Source: Eledone cirrhosa
Taxonomy: Eukaryota
Length of the DNA: 64,000 nucleotides
Direction: 5' to 3'
Assembly (NCBI GenBank): GCA_964016885.1
Contig: OZ024758.1
Span: 33,356,001-33,420,000 of the forward strand
In this document: positions 1 to 11,748 of the stretch, in pieces
Layout: every line of letters begins with the position of its first letter
Numbering within the stretch: the first letter of the stretch is position 1
Position numbers and translations under genes: made by a program
The notes under the pieces: model-generated
Databases searched by the model: none
Told to the model about the DNA's origin: nothing
The model's input: only the letters and a program-made list of their open reading frames with translations

Positions 1-115
1 CTGTAGAAATAAGTTACGTCACTGGTGCCAAGTTGTATCGGCTACTGCCTTTCCCTTGGATAACACCGGTGGCGTGGATGTTTCTGCAGGTGTGGAGAGC
101 TGCATATATTCCAGC
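1..115 (+). mobile_element. 3' part of a tRNA/CORE-type SINE, cut by the window edge
   Basis: Begins CTGTAGAAATAAG, matching the end of the SINE body seen at ~18500 (CAGCTGTAGAAATGAG), then continues into a different tail (GCCTTTCCCTTGGATAACA...). Confidence 0.4.
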
Positions 116-221
116 CATTAGAAAAAACAAGATGAATGCTTTTTTTTTGAAAGAGGGATGACTCAAGAAGAAGAAAATACCCTCCTTCTCCAATGGTATA
201 GTTTGCTGATATCTACATCTG

Positions 222-516
222 TCCCCCCCCCCCCCCCCCCACACACACACATACCCCTCCCCCCACACACACATACCCCTCCCCCACACACACATACCCC
301 CTCCCCCCACACACCCCTCCACCACACACATACACCCCACACACCACATACACATATATACCCTCACACATCATACACTTCACACTACACACACACACAC
401 ACACCCCACAGACACAACACATCATACACCCCATACACTACACACAATACACCACATAACACACCAACACACCACATGACACACCAACACACCACATGAC
501 ACACACACACACACAC
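222..516. repeat. Poly-C and CA-rich low-complexity tract
   Basis: Poly-C run followed by degenerate (CA)n; source of the spurious His/Thr/Pro ORFs. Confidence 0.9.
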
Positions 517-794
517 TGACAGACAGTATTTGGTGTCTGCTGTATTTGAGATGCTGCAAATCATGTGATTTTAATTATAGCCAACACTGTAGACAACTAA
601 AGATAAAAATACAGTAATAGAAAAACTAAAACAAACCCATTTTAATGTGAAAATCAAAATACTTGGCTGCTATTATTCTGACATGGCTCCTTCAACAAAA
701 TATCAACTTCTAAAATATTTAGACACGACATGAACAAGAGAAAACCGAAGAACAATCAGCTGTAAAATGTAAATTGTTCCAACAGTGCAAATGT

Positions 795-1520
795 TTAACC
801 CTTTAGCATTTAAACGGTTCATATCAGAATTCTGTTCAAACCGGCCATAACTGGCTGCTGAGACTGACGTTAAGGTATTGTTCTCAAAATAAATAATATC
901 AAAATCTCATAGATTCGATATTATGTAAGCAAGCAAGCAGATCAAAAACATATCAAAACTACAGATCAAAAACATCCTCTCTTCGGCCATGTGCCAGCCA
1001 AAAGCCGCCTTAAATTCAGGAAAAGTTTCCTAAAGAGCGTCACACCCCTTGAAACATCAAGTATAAGTAGTGAAAGAATCACTCACAGGCAAGAAAACCT
1101 TAACAACCTCCCATCTGTAACAACAATGGAGCTAAAGGTGAGCGAGGCACTTCCCCCTGGAGCAGATACAAACTATGCAGTGTTGAAATGCCTCAACAGA
1201 CTAAGATCTGGTGTTGGACATGCAAAAGTCACTCTTGCAAAATGGGGATATTTAAAGGATGGGAATGTTGTGTATAACTGTGGCATCGAACCACAGACTA
1301 TGCAGGCACCTTCTGATATGCCTCCTGCCCTCCTGCTGGAACACCCCTGCTCAGCACTGGATTTGGTAGAGCTTAATGAGAAAGGATAGCAATGTGTTCA
1401 GCTGTGGTGGAACCATATCTAGCCAAGCTTTGTAGCTGATACTCTTGTGGACATAAGAAATGTGAGATATGTGAAATAAAGTGTTTACTATATAGAGTGA
1501 TGTAAATGTTAAAGGTTTAA
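795..1520. mobile_element. piggyBac-like MITE interrupted by a LINE fragment
   Basis: Starts TTAA-CCCTTTAGCATTT and ends AAATGTTAAAGGT-TTAA; internal sequence matches the copies at 4133 and 4948; split at ~925-1460. Confidence 0.75.
925..1460 (+). mobile_element. 3' fragment of a non-LTR retrotransposon (Ingi/Vingi-like C-terminus)
   Basis: ORF 991-1389 carries LNRLRSGVG...KWG...CGIEPQTM, a decayed C-terminal Cys/His region of LINE ORF2; near-identical inverted copy at 14868-15500. Clade call is from motif recall. Confidence 0.65.
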
Positions 1521-2254
1521 ATTGCACTCATGCTGACATGATAAAAAATTGGCTGGGAAAGTATTAAAAAGAAATAAGTAAATAAAAGAATACATACTCA
1601 GTTATTTATTCTGGTCATAGGAGAATATTCTAGAAATGAGATTTGGTTTTATTAATTTAAAAATTTCATCATTGTTATCGCCACAACCATCATCATCACC
1701 GCCACTGTCACCATCATCATAAAAAGTACTGTCTGCACTACAAGGTGGTGGTGGTATCATGATAACATGCTCCCAGTACATGTATAGTGGTTGGCAGTTG
1801 TAGAAAGCAAGCCCAAAACAGAGAATATGAAGAGGATGTAGTCACATGACCACTCTAGTCTCAGTACATGACAGCCTGTTTAACCCATGCAAGTATAGAA
1901 AATAAACATTAAACTTTGATGATGAATATAGCTTGATAGTGACGAATAGTGCTATTTTGAAAGTAACTAATATTGTTATTTTGAAAAAAAAAAGCTTAGT
2001 TTGGCATCTTACATAACGGACTGATGTAACTGTAATTTGTGTTGCATGCAAAGAATGTCACAAATAATGTTTGTGTTTGGTTTCCATATTCGATCCTTTC
2101 ATAGATGACATAACATGGCATATTTTATTAGGAAATTTAGTATAAATCACAAAGATACTAAGCATTGCATTCTTCTCAGAGAAAGGATTATCTTAATTTA
2201 TCTCTCTTCATTTGCTATTTGTGAAGTTAATGAAAGCATGAGATACTTGTTCTT

Positions 2255-2510
2255 TACCCACTTATTCCTGAGAGGGTTGTTGGGGCAGAGTCCTCAAACA
2301 CTCCCTCCAGTGGGTCCTGTCAGAAGCTACTGTCCAACTGATATGGCTGGATCCCCAAGTGAGACCAGCCAAGCTCATAGATGTTATCCAACCATCTTGC
2401 TCAGGATCTATCCCTGGGTCTCTTGCCAGTTGGTTTTTTGCCTGTAAAATCTGCCTAGCCATCCCCTCCCCCCCTCCCCAGACATTCTAACCAGATGCCC
2501 ATAGTAGTGG
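2255..2510 (-). mobile_element. RTE-clade (Expander/Rex3-like) LINE 3' end
   Basis: Minus-strand ...SLAG...VASDRTHWRECLRTLPQQPSQE; homologous to 14250-14610 and 63545-63830. Confidence 0.7.
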
Positions 2511-3201
2511 TGCAAAAATTCAAACCCCATTTATAAGCCGAGACAGTTAATCAACACATTGTTTAGATGACATATATAAGCGTCCCACCTCCATTTAGCC
2601 ATCAAATATTTGGTCACATATTCCTCGACTTATGTTCAAGTACATACAGCATACCTCTAGTGATTTCTGGAATATAAATGTTTAATTGGACAAGTTCTGT
2701 CCTATATTCTATTAAAAGTGAACAACTTCTTTTAAATATCTAATATATTTAAAAAAAATATTCCTAATTTATGTAAAATATGTGGAAAATAACAAGAGTA
2801 ATCATACTTAATAAACAGTCTGCAATCTTGCTTTTATGATTCAGTCATTTTGTTTCCTTAAAAAATGTATTTTTATCAATGAGCCAAAAGAGGAATATCA
2901 GCAACTATGAATATTTGAGGCTCTCTAATCCTGTTAGTATAGGCGGTGAATTGGCAGAGTCGTTAGAACGTCGGATAGAATGCTTTATTGTATCCGTTCC
3001 AGCTCTCTGCTCAGAGTTCAAATCCCGCAGAGGTGAGCTTTACTTTTCATCCATTCGAGGTCGATAAAAAAAAGTACCAGTCAAGTACTGGGGTCGATTA
3101 TTCCTCTATATCTCTTTCTCACTTCCTCTCTCTCACTTTCTATCTTTCTCTGGAAGAAATCTGCTCTACTTAGGCCTGGAGAGGGATGGGCTCCACCTGA
3201 C

Positions 3202-3658
3202 TTAACCCTTTAGCATTTACATTACTCTCTATATTTTATTGTATTTTCATGGTAAAGGCTTTACCTCACATATCATTTACATTACTCTATATATACTATT
3301 GTATTTTCATGGTAAAGGCTTTACCTCACATATCATTTACATTACTCTATATATACTATTGTATTTTCATGGTAAAGGCTTTACCTCGCATATCATTTAC
3401 ATTACTCTATATATACTATTGTATTTTCATGGTAAAGGCTTTACCTCACATATCATTTACATTACTCTCTATATATACTATTGTATTTTCATGGTAAAGG
3501 CTTTACCTCACATAATATTGAATCTATGAGATTTTGAAAGTATTTATTTTGAGAACAATACCTTAACATCAGTATGAGCGACCAGTTACAGCCAGTATCA
3601 ACAGAAAGAGGTAGAGAATTCTGGCCGGTTTTGGTCGGTTTCAACATTAAAGGGTTAA
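3202..3658. mobile_element. piggyBac-like MITE with TTAA target duplication
   Basis: TTAA|CCCTTTAGCATT ... CATTAAAGGG|TTAA inserted into a SINE whose other copies have a single TTAA here. Confidence 0.85.
3214..3512. repeat. Five tandem ~60-bp repeats inside the MITE
   Basis: CATTTACATTACTCTATATATACTATTGTATTTTCATGGTAAAGGCTTTACCTCACATAT repeated 5 times. Confidence 0.95.
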
Positions 3659-3779
3659 AATTCCACGAAACGCTGTATGTCAATACGGAACCCCTACAAC
3701 TCTATCAGGAGTTACGGGACCATACAATCCTGGTGGTAAAAAGGAAGTTTTCTTCAGATTGGTCACTTGTCTTGAGTTC

Positions 3780-4030
3780 CTTGAGTTCTCTGCTGCTTCC
3801 ACATTGTTTCTGATGGCTCTCCTCTAGCTTGCTCCTGTAATGTCCAGAGTTCCATAGGCTTTGTTAGGGGAATGAGCTACAAATCCTCAGCTACTAACCT
3901 CCACTGACATACACCTAGTCTTCCATCTGTTCCTGCAGCAGTCCTCCACCAACTCCTTGTACTATGTACTCTGCCTGTGTCTCCTCCATTCTCTCTTCAT
4001 AGTTAACAGTAAGCTCCATTAGAATGACTA
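3780..4030 (-). pseudogene. Restriction-like endonuclease domain remnant of a HERO/NeSL-type non-LTR retrotransposon
   Basis: Manual translation: VILMELTVNYEERMEE / YKELVEDCCRNRWKTRCMSVEVSS*GFVAHSPNKAYGTLDITGAS*RRAIRNNVEAAE, matching the ELTVPWEE...KY...EVGCRGF motif; has stops and a frameshift. Confidence 0.8.
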
Positions 4031-4132
4031 TATAGTTATTTCATAGATTCTACTTGTTTGTTGAGTGGCTTGATCTGAGATGTGTTAATTGTAACCGAAG
4101 CAGTGACATTGAGGAAGAGTCATTTTAGCTAT

Positions 4133-4332
4133 TTAACCCTTTAGCATTTAAACTGACCATATCCAGCCAGAATTCTCTCACCTTTTTCTGTTCAAATCGG
4201 CTATAACTGGCTGCTCATACTTATGTTAAGGTATTGTTCTCAAAATAAATATCAAAATCTCACATAACATCGAATCTTTTACCATGAAAATATAATAGTA
4301 TATATAGAGTAATGTGAATGCTAAGTGGTTAA
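4133..4332. mobile_element. piggyBac-like MITE
   Basis: TTAA-CCCTTTAGCATT ... AATGCTAAGTGG-TTAA. Confidence 0.85.
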
Positions 4333-4947
4333 GCAAACACAAGACTGTTATATTCAAGTTCAAGAAGTGAAAAGAGTGTTGTCACACTTCTATGATTTGG
4401 TTACTGTCACATTTCTAGTGACTGAGTTACAGAAGTGTGACATTTGACATTTCATAGGACATAGTACTATAAGTAAAGCGAAAATAACATTTTTGTGTTT
4501 TCTTAAATAGGTATATAAGAGTCATAAGCCTATTGCTCCTATCATTTTTGTGGGATACAGATGTTCATAATTTTCCAACAAAAATGACTAATTTTCTGAT
4601 GAAAATAACTAAATTTTCCAATTTTCTTTAGGTACAGCTGCATCCTCACACCTCCCCAGCAATATGCCATTGATTTTTATGTAAATATCTACTTTGGTCC
4701 CACTTTGTGATTCAAATTGTAAAATTTGTATTTCTCCATGGTCTTAATTTAGATGACATTGAAAGCAAAATTAATTTGTATAAATGACTGAAACTAGGTC
4801 CATAATTTTTACTCTAAAACTTTTGTGATAAATTATCTGTAGTTGTTAAAGGCATTTCAACTGTGACCATCCCATCTATTTCCAGATATTGTATATTTAG
4901 GATTATATTATCATGAGTATTTATATTTTATGATGGTAGAGTCTGAT

Positions 4948-5156
4948 TTAACCTTTTAGCATTTAAACCAACTATTTCTGGTCAGCATTCTCTCATCTGT
5001 TCAAACTGGTTGTAACCAGTCACTCATACTGATATTAAGGTATTGTTCTCAAAATAAATAATATCAAAATCTCATAGATTCAATATTATGTGAGATAATT
5101 ATGTGAGGTAAAGCCTTTGCCATGAAAATACAATAGAGTAATGTAAATGCTAAAAG
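4948..5156. mobile_element. piggyBac-like MITE (degenerate right end)
   Basis: TTAACCTTTTAGCATTT ... AAATGCTAAAAG; same internal sequence as other copies. Confidence 0.75.
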
Positions 5157-5561
5157 AAAATTTAGCTGCTATCTCTAGCTCCCTTAGCTCAATATGTAGA
5201 AGTGAAATGGTTGAATGAATATGGCATTGGATTAGTAGCTGAAAGGTTTTCAGTTCAATTTTACTACAAGCATTTTGTTATGTGTCTGGGCAGTTCACTA
5301 AGTAAATAGAAATACGAGTTAGATTGTATGGAAATGGAACTGAAGAAAAACCCATCATCTTATTTAGGTGCAGGATTATTTTTTTAATCTATTTAGAACT
5401 ATGAAACTAAAGCTAAGTTCTGGCTCCTAAAAGCTCTATAGTACTTAGAAAACATTCACAATCTGTTGTATTGATTATAAAATATCCTATTGAGTGATGA
5501 AAACTAATAGCTGTCTTTACACAATGTCGATATATTTATGTTAATGATACATCAATACGAT

Positions 5562-5704
5562 GCAGGTATGGCTGTGTGATTAAGGTGTTTGCTTCACAAC
5601 CATGTGGTTTCAGGTTCTATCTTAGTGCATGATGCCTTGGGCAAGTGTTTTCTACTATAGCTTTGAGCCTTGCAAGTGAAATTGGTAGACAGAAACTGTA
5701 CAAA

Positions 5705-5705
<1 letters not shown>
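5562..5705 (+). mobile_element. Degenerate tRNA/CORE SINE
   Basis: GCAGGTATGGCTGTGTGATTAAG head, GGTTCTATC B-box-like motif, CCTTGGGCAAGTG CORE-like motif. Confidence 0.6.
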
Positions 5706-5752
<47 letters not shown>

Positions 5753-5834
5753 AAAGGTAAACAGAAATAACAACACAATCGGTACAGTATATGGAAGGTA
5801 TATATTAGGTTAATGCTTGATATAGCAGGAAGAG

Positions 5835-5872
5835 GGTCTTAATGTTTCGGACGCTAGTCCTTCATCAGAAGA
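5835..5872 (-). ncRNA. Degenerate minimal hammerhead-like motif (probable PLE terminus)
   Basis: Minus strand CTT-CTGATGA-A-GGAC(TAGC)GTCC-GAAA-CATT-AAG; good stem II, weak stem III. Confidence 0.45.
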
Positions 5873-6091
5873 AAGAATGAGAAATAAAATAGATTGAGGG
5901 GACGGGGCGGCATGGAATTGGAAAAAATGTCTTTAGATAAAAATAACAGGTCCCTCTCTATGGTAGGGCCAATAACATTGTTAGAATTCCATATAGTCCT
6001 GAAATAATTCCAACGAGATCAGGTGATGAGAGTTCTTGTAGCAGGCCTTCATCATATTGGATTCCGTTGTCTATTCTAAATGAGCTACAAT

Positions 6092-6136
<45 letters not shown>

Positions 6137-6281
6137 ATATATTGTTATACTTTGGGAGGGTCATGCTGCCAATAAGAAACACACACACCAGGGGCTTTCA
6201 CTCCAATTTATTATAAATTAATAAATTTATAAATTTCCGGTTCATTGGTTGGTTCCACAACCGGACAGTTGTTCATATATT

Positions 6282-6324
6282 GTCAAAGTTCTTTCGTCAC
6301 ACATTCTGTGACCACTTCAGTGAC
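6282..6324 (-). ncRNA. Hammerhead-like ribozyme in the inverted PLE repeat
   Basis: GTCA-CTGAAGT-G-GTCACA(GAATG)TGTGAC-GAAA-GAACTT-TGAC; A9 is changed to U. Confidence 0.5.
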
Positions 6325-8727
6325 TGGGGATTCTTTTCTTTGTTTTGTGCCTCGCCATCTTGTTTTTGTGTGTGTTGTGTGCTTAGTTTGCGCATGTGTT
6401 ACATCCGGGTGTCTGTGTGTTTTTATTTGTTTATTTCCATGTTACTAGTTCGTTGTTTGTTCTATGTGTGTGTGTGTGTTTTCATTTTGTCCTTAATTGT
6501 AAGTTGTGATGTTGCTGTTCCATTCATGTTTTCTATTTAATTTTGGTTGGAGTTCATTTATGTTTATTGCCTCTGTGATTTGTCTAAACATTGCGTCTTT
6601 TCTGTGTGTAGATTCTGTTTTTATTTCTATGTTCTCTAATTTGCCCTTATGTTCTATTTTAGCCTGTTGGTAGAGTACAGATGATTCTTTTCTATCTTGA
6701 AGCTCTCGCCAGTGTTCATTTAATCGTTCTCCTATACTACGAGCTGTCTCACCTATGTACACTATATTCTTATCTTTACATTGTCCTTCAGTACATCTTA
6801 TGCTATATACACCATTATGCTATATACTACCTATTATACAGTATGTTAGGTCCCTAGATCGGTTATTTTTGCTGATTTATACTAGGTAGTATGGATGTTG
6901 TGTCTCTATACCCATCCATTGACGTGGATTTTGCTGTGGAGAAATGCGTAGAAATGATCAGTGAGAGCAATGTTGAATTCCGTGGGATTGATACCAGTGA
7001 GCTGGGACTCCTACTTAAACTTACTTATAGTAATTATTACCTAGATACGTATGACCTTAGGAACCTCTGCCCCACAAGGCCAGCAAGAGGCAGACCACCT
7101 ACCATTATCTCAATGGCCAAGAAAACCCACACAGAAAGATGGAACGGGTGGGCCAGAGCCATACGGACCACCGAAAACCATGATGAACTAAAGATAATGA
7201 TTGCACATGCGGTGGGGGCCAGTATAAAACTAACCCTTAAGGAACATATGTTCAAATTTAATGGAAAAACATATGCCCAAGAGGAGGGAGCAGCCATTGG
7301 TGTTAGCATTGCAGGTGACATAGCTAACCTATTCATGGTATGGTGGGACAATAAACTTAAAGAACAATAAGAAGACAGCAACCTCTTAACCCTGATAATG
7401 TACTCTTGCTACGTTGATGATATAAACATCGTAGTAAAAACACCCCACTAGAGAACAGTCAGGAATTAGAGAAAAACACCATGGAAAGCATCCAGCAAAT
7501 AGCTAACTCCATCCACCAGAGTATTAGAGTTACTATAGACTACCCAAGCAAACACCCCAACGACCGATTACCTGTACTAGACACAGAGCTCTGGTTAAAA
7601 ACCATTAATAACGAAAAAAACAAATCCTCCATTCCTATTATGCCAAACCCATGACTTCCAAATATCTGATCCACCGAAACTCGGCTGTTTCGGATTACAC
7701 CAAAATCAACATACTGATTGCGGATTTAGTATGGGTGATGAGAAACGTGTCCCACATGTGCAACCCCAAAGAACTAGAGACACATACAACACTTCATCCA
7801 CCGTATGCAGTTCTCTGGTTACAATCAGAGAGATAAAATCAGAGTATATAGAGGAGCCAGAACCAAATAGGAAAAAAAGGTAAATAATGATACAAATGGG
7901 ACCTGTCCCTTGTATAGGAGCAAATTTTGGAATAGAATAGAAAGAACTAGGAATAAGGTTAATAGAATAAACACATGGTATGATAGCAATAAATACAAGA
8001 GTGTAATGTTCATCAATACAACCCCTAGAGGTGAACTAGCTTACAAATTTAGAAGGGCCCTAGATAAACTTAAACTAAATATTAAGATAGTAGAAAGACC
8101 AGGTAACGCCATAAAAACACTTATTAGTAATACATACCCTTTTCAAAGACTTCCCTGTATAGATAAGAAATGCATAATCTGTAAACTAAGCCCCCATATT
8201 AACTGTAAAACTAGAAATGTAGTATATAGCATAAGATGTACTGAAGGACAATGTAAAGATAAGAATATAGTGTACATAGGTGAGACAGCTAGTAGTATAG
8301 GAGAACGATTAAATGAACACTGGCGAGAGCTTCAAGATAGAAAAGAATCATCAGTACTCCACCAACATGGTAAAATAGAACATAAGGGCAAATTAGAGAA
8401 CATACAAATAAAAATAGAATCTACACACAGAAAAGACGCAATGTTTAGATAAATCAGAGGCAATAAACATAAATGAACTCCAACCAAAATTAAATAGAAA
8501 ACATGAAAGGAATAGCAACATCACAGCTTACAATTAAGGACAAAATGAAAACACACACGCACATAGAACAAACAACCAACCAGTAACATGTAAATAAACA
8601 AATAAATAAACAAATAAAAACATACACAGACACCCGGATGTAACACATGTGCAAACTAAGCACACAACACACACAAAACCAAGATGGCGTAGGACAGAAC
8701 AAAAGAGAGAAACAAAGAAGAATTCCA

Positions 8728-8770
8728 GTCACTGAAGAGGTCACAGAATGTGTGACGAAAGAACTTTGAC
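8728..8770 (+). ncRNA. Type I minimal hammerhead ribozyme in the PLE 3' repeat
   Basis: Stem I GTCA/TGAC, core CTGAAGA, one extra G, stem II GTCACA/TGTGAC, GAAA, short stem III AG(AA)CT, cleavage triplet CUU. Confidence 0.65.
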
Positions 8771-8984
8771 AATATATGAACAACCGTCCGGTTGTGGAAC
8801 CAACCAACCAACCAACCAACCGGAAATTTATAAATTTTTAAATTTACAATTTAATTTATAATAAATTGGAGTGAAAGCAACTGGTGCGTGTGTTTCTTAT
8901 TGGCAACATGACCCTCCCAAAGTATAACATCGGTTTCAACACACGTTTTCAGATAAAGAATCTTGCTAAACAAATTCAGAAACG

Positions 8985-9170
8985 AAATATATATATATTC
9001 ATATATCTATATATATATTCATATATCTATATATATATATCTATATATATATCTATATATATTCATATATCTATATATATTCATATATCTATATATCTAT
9101 ATATATATATCTATATATATATATCTATATATATTCATATATCTATATATATTCATATATCTATATATAG
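8985..9170. repeat. Compound (TA)n microsatellite
   Basis: ATATCT/ATATTC-interrupted TA repeats. Confidence 0.9.
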
Positions 9171-9331
9171 TATTAAGGATACTATTTATGGTTATGTATA
9201 TAATAAACCTTTTATGGTTATATATTTTTTATACAAACCCCAAATAGTGAGAGATAGTCATTTATTACTATCTTATTACCAGTAAGATAAATAGCTCAAT
9301 GTAATAACATCGGTTGTTTTATAGAGCAGTT

Positions 9332-9404
9332 ATATAGAGATTACAATAATCAAAGTTCAGTTTAAATGATTTAAACTGAACTTTGATTATTGTAATCTCT
9401 ATAT
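9332..9404. repeat. Perfect 36-bp-arm palindrome with a 1-nt spacer
   Basis: ATATAGAGATTACAATAATCAAAGTTCAGTTTAAAT-G-reverse complement. Confidence 0.95.
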
Positions 9405-10790
9405 CATCATCATCATCATCATCATCAGGTTTAGCGTCCGTGTTCCACGCTTGCATGGGTTTGGACGGGGGTTTTCCCACTTGAGGCAAGAGTGGTTGTC
9501 TTGCTCGCATAGGACTGTCTGGCGGGTTTTCTACAGTTGGATGCCCTTCCTAACACCAACCACATTTACAGTGTGGGGCTGGGAGGTTTTTACCGTGTTG
9601 CCTACACGGCCACATTACAGCGTGGACTGTCTGGCGGGTTTTCTACAGTTGGATGCCCTTCCTAACACCAACCACATTTACAGTGTGGGGCTGGGAGGTT
9701 TTTACCGTGTTGCCTACACGGCCACATTTACAGCGTGGACTGTGTGTTTTTTGTCGTGACACCTACACGATCTCATTTGTTTCGGCCTGGATGTTGTGGG
9801 ACCAACATAACTTTACATTGAAAGGGGCAGTGGGGTGGAGGTGGTGGGACGGGGGTGTGTTTTGATAGAGATGCCTACTGACTGAAGTAGGTTTTTACTT
9901 TGTATTTAGGTAAGGCGGGTCTTCTCTATTACTGAGTACCGCCAAAGGTCTCGGTCCAGTGACATTGTCTTGGAGAGGTGTAAGCGTGTGAGGTCGGAAT
10001 TTATCAGCTCGTCCCATGTTTTTCTGGGTCTGCCTACTCCGTGGCTACCGTCTATCTTTATTGCCCTGCACTTTGTTATACAGCTGTCGTCTTTCATGCG
10101 CATCACGTGACCGTACCAACGTAGCCTTCTCTCGAGTAAACAACATCTGATCCCTCTTATTTCTAATTTTTCCCTTAGTTCGTTTATGCTTTGCAGTTCA
10201 CGTATATTACTATTGCACATCCAGCGGAGCATGCAAGCTTCGTTCCTCTCTAGTCTGCGTATATCCTCTGCACACAATGCCCAGGTCTCACTGCCATGCA
10301 GCATTGCTGTTCGTATGCAGGCATCGTATAACCTGCCTTTCATTTTTAGGGAGAACCCTCTAGCGGCTAATAGTGGTATAAGCTCTCTGAACTTTTTCCA
10401 TCCAGTTCTGACTCTAGCTACTGTACTTTCAGAGCACCCTCCCCCACTGCTGATTTTGTCACCCAGATAACGGAAGCTGTCCACTATTTCTATAGAACCC
10501 TCTGCGCAGTTGAAGGAGCTAGTATTTTGTGGGCACTTGCTGCGACTTATTGCACCAGAGCACCGGCCACATGTAAAATCTATGTTCTTAGTTAGCTTAC
10601 CTGTGATCCCACTACATCTTTTATGCACCCATACTTTGCATTTGGGACATAAAATGGAGTTTCTACCTACGCCTTTCCTACACACTGAGCATGGCCATTT
10701 CCCAGATGGGACCGCCGCCTTATTTTCTTTCCTACAAACTAGAACTTTAGTCTTAGCCAGGTTAATTTTAAGGCCTTTTGATTCTAGGCC
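9404..10790 (-). mobile_element. 5'-truncated RTE LINE with (GAT)n tail
   Basis: ORF 9906-10685: Cys-rich insert, [28 protein letters not shown]; 3'UTR with a 110-bp duplication; tail reads (TCA)n on the + strand. Confidence 0.93.
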
Positions 10791-10963
10791 TTATATATCT
10801 ATATATATATATGCATTCTAGGCCCTATATATCTATATATATATATATATGCATTCTAGGCCCTATATATCTATATATATATATATATGCATTCTAGGCC
10901 TTATATATCTATATATATATATATGCATTCTAGGCCCTATATATCTATATATATATATATGCA
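10780..10963. repeat. About five tandem 34-38 bp repeats of the RTE 5' junction plus TA run
   Basis: GCATTCTAGGCCYTATATATCTATATA... repeated; ATTCTAGGCC is the truncated LINE end. Confidence 0.9.
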
Positions 10964-11074
10964 TGCTCAACAATGAAAACAAAAGGCAAAATTTAGTGCT
11001 TAATCAGTTCATTGTTTTACGATCACTTCAGAAGGTTGATTGATCATGGTAAATTGACTTATTGATAGTAGTAA

Positions 11075-11544
11075 TGTAACTTCATGGTATTAGTCCTGAT
11101 ACACCAGATCCATCTCACTGTCTTCCTCAGAAACAATAAACTAGAATCTTTGTAAGATATCTTTTTGTGTAGAAACTGGTGCATTTGGTGACTAACCTCT
11201 TTGCTGCCAAACCATAAATTCACCAGCTGTCAATGTATCAGCCACTTTCCAATAGGTTTGCTGTTGAACCTGTAGTACTTTTGGCATTCTTGGTCCCCAT
11301 ACGACCTCACTACTTTTGGGGTAGAGTTGGTCACCTGCAGGAGCAAGCCTTGTGAGTTGGAATGACTGTTCAAATGCATGTCCCCCACCGTCTACTATAG
11401 CAATTTCTCTCCATTCTGTCCACTAGGACCATGAAGCAGTCTTGGACTGACTTCCACATATCAGAATGCTTCCCCACATCGTCCAGATCCATATTATTGG
11501 GGTAGTGATGTTTCAGTCCATTTTGGTATTTGAGGCATTCTCAT
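11075..11544 (-). pseudogene. Decayed protein-like sequence of unknown origin
   Basis: Manual translation gives an ~85-codon stop-free stretch (WTEWREIAIVDGGGHAFEQSFQLTRLAPAGDQLYPKSSEVVWGPRMPKVLQVQQQTYWKVADTLTAGEFMVWQQRG) with protein-like flanks broken by stops; GC is higher than the surroundings. Confidence 0.35.
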
Positions 11545-11648
11545 TATACTTTGAGAATATACGATATAAAAAAGGATTTTATCACGAGGAAGTTTACTCT
11601 GCTCAATGTATTGAGTTTTCTTATGTTTCTAAAACTAAACTTACATCT

Positions 11649-11748
<100 letters not shown>

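Larger units (their letters stand above)
2941..3728 (+). mobile_element. tRNA-derived SINE (octopus OR-like) interrupted by a MITE
   Basis: A-box-like TGGCAGAGTCG, B-box GAGTTCAAATCC, core TTTCATCCATTCGAGGTCGATAAA..GTACCAG; the tail resumes at 3659 and matches 20430-20515. Confidence 0.8.
6143..8929 (+). mobile_element. Penelope-like element (RT + GIY-YIG, disrupted) with an inverted ~670-bp 3' copy at its 5' end
   Basis: RT motifs MDVVSLYPSI, QEEGAAIG..IANLFM and CYVDD (~7407); GIY-YIG VVYSIRC..YIGET..ERLNEH in ORF 7910-8452; 6143-6812 is the reverse complement of 8222-8929. Confidence 0.9.

Noticed and set aside
14-499. His/Thr/Pro-rich and Val/Cys/Gly-rich ORFs
   Set aside because: Low-complexity CA/poly-C tract.
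2530-2652. Possible pogo/Tigger-like transposon end (CTCGACTTATGTTCAAGTACATACAG)
   Set aside because: No matching second TIR was found, so there is too little support to annotate.
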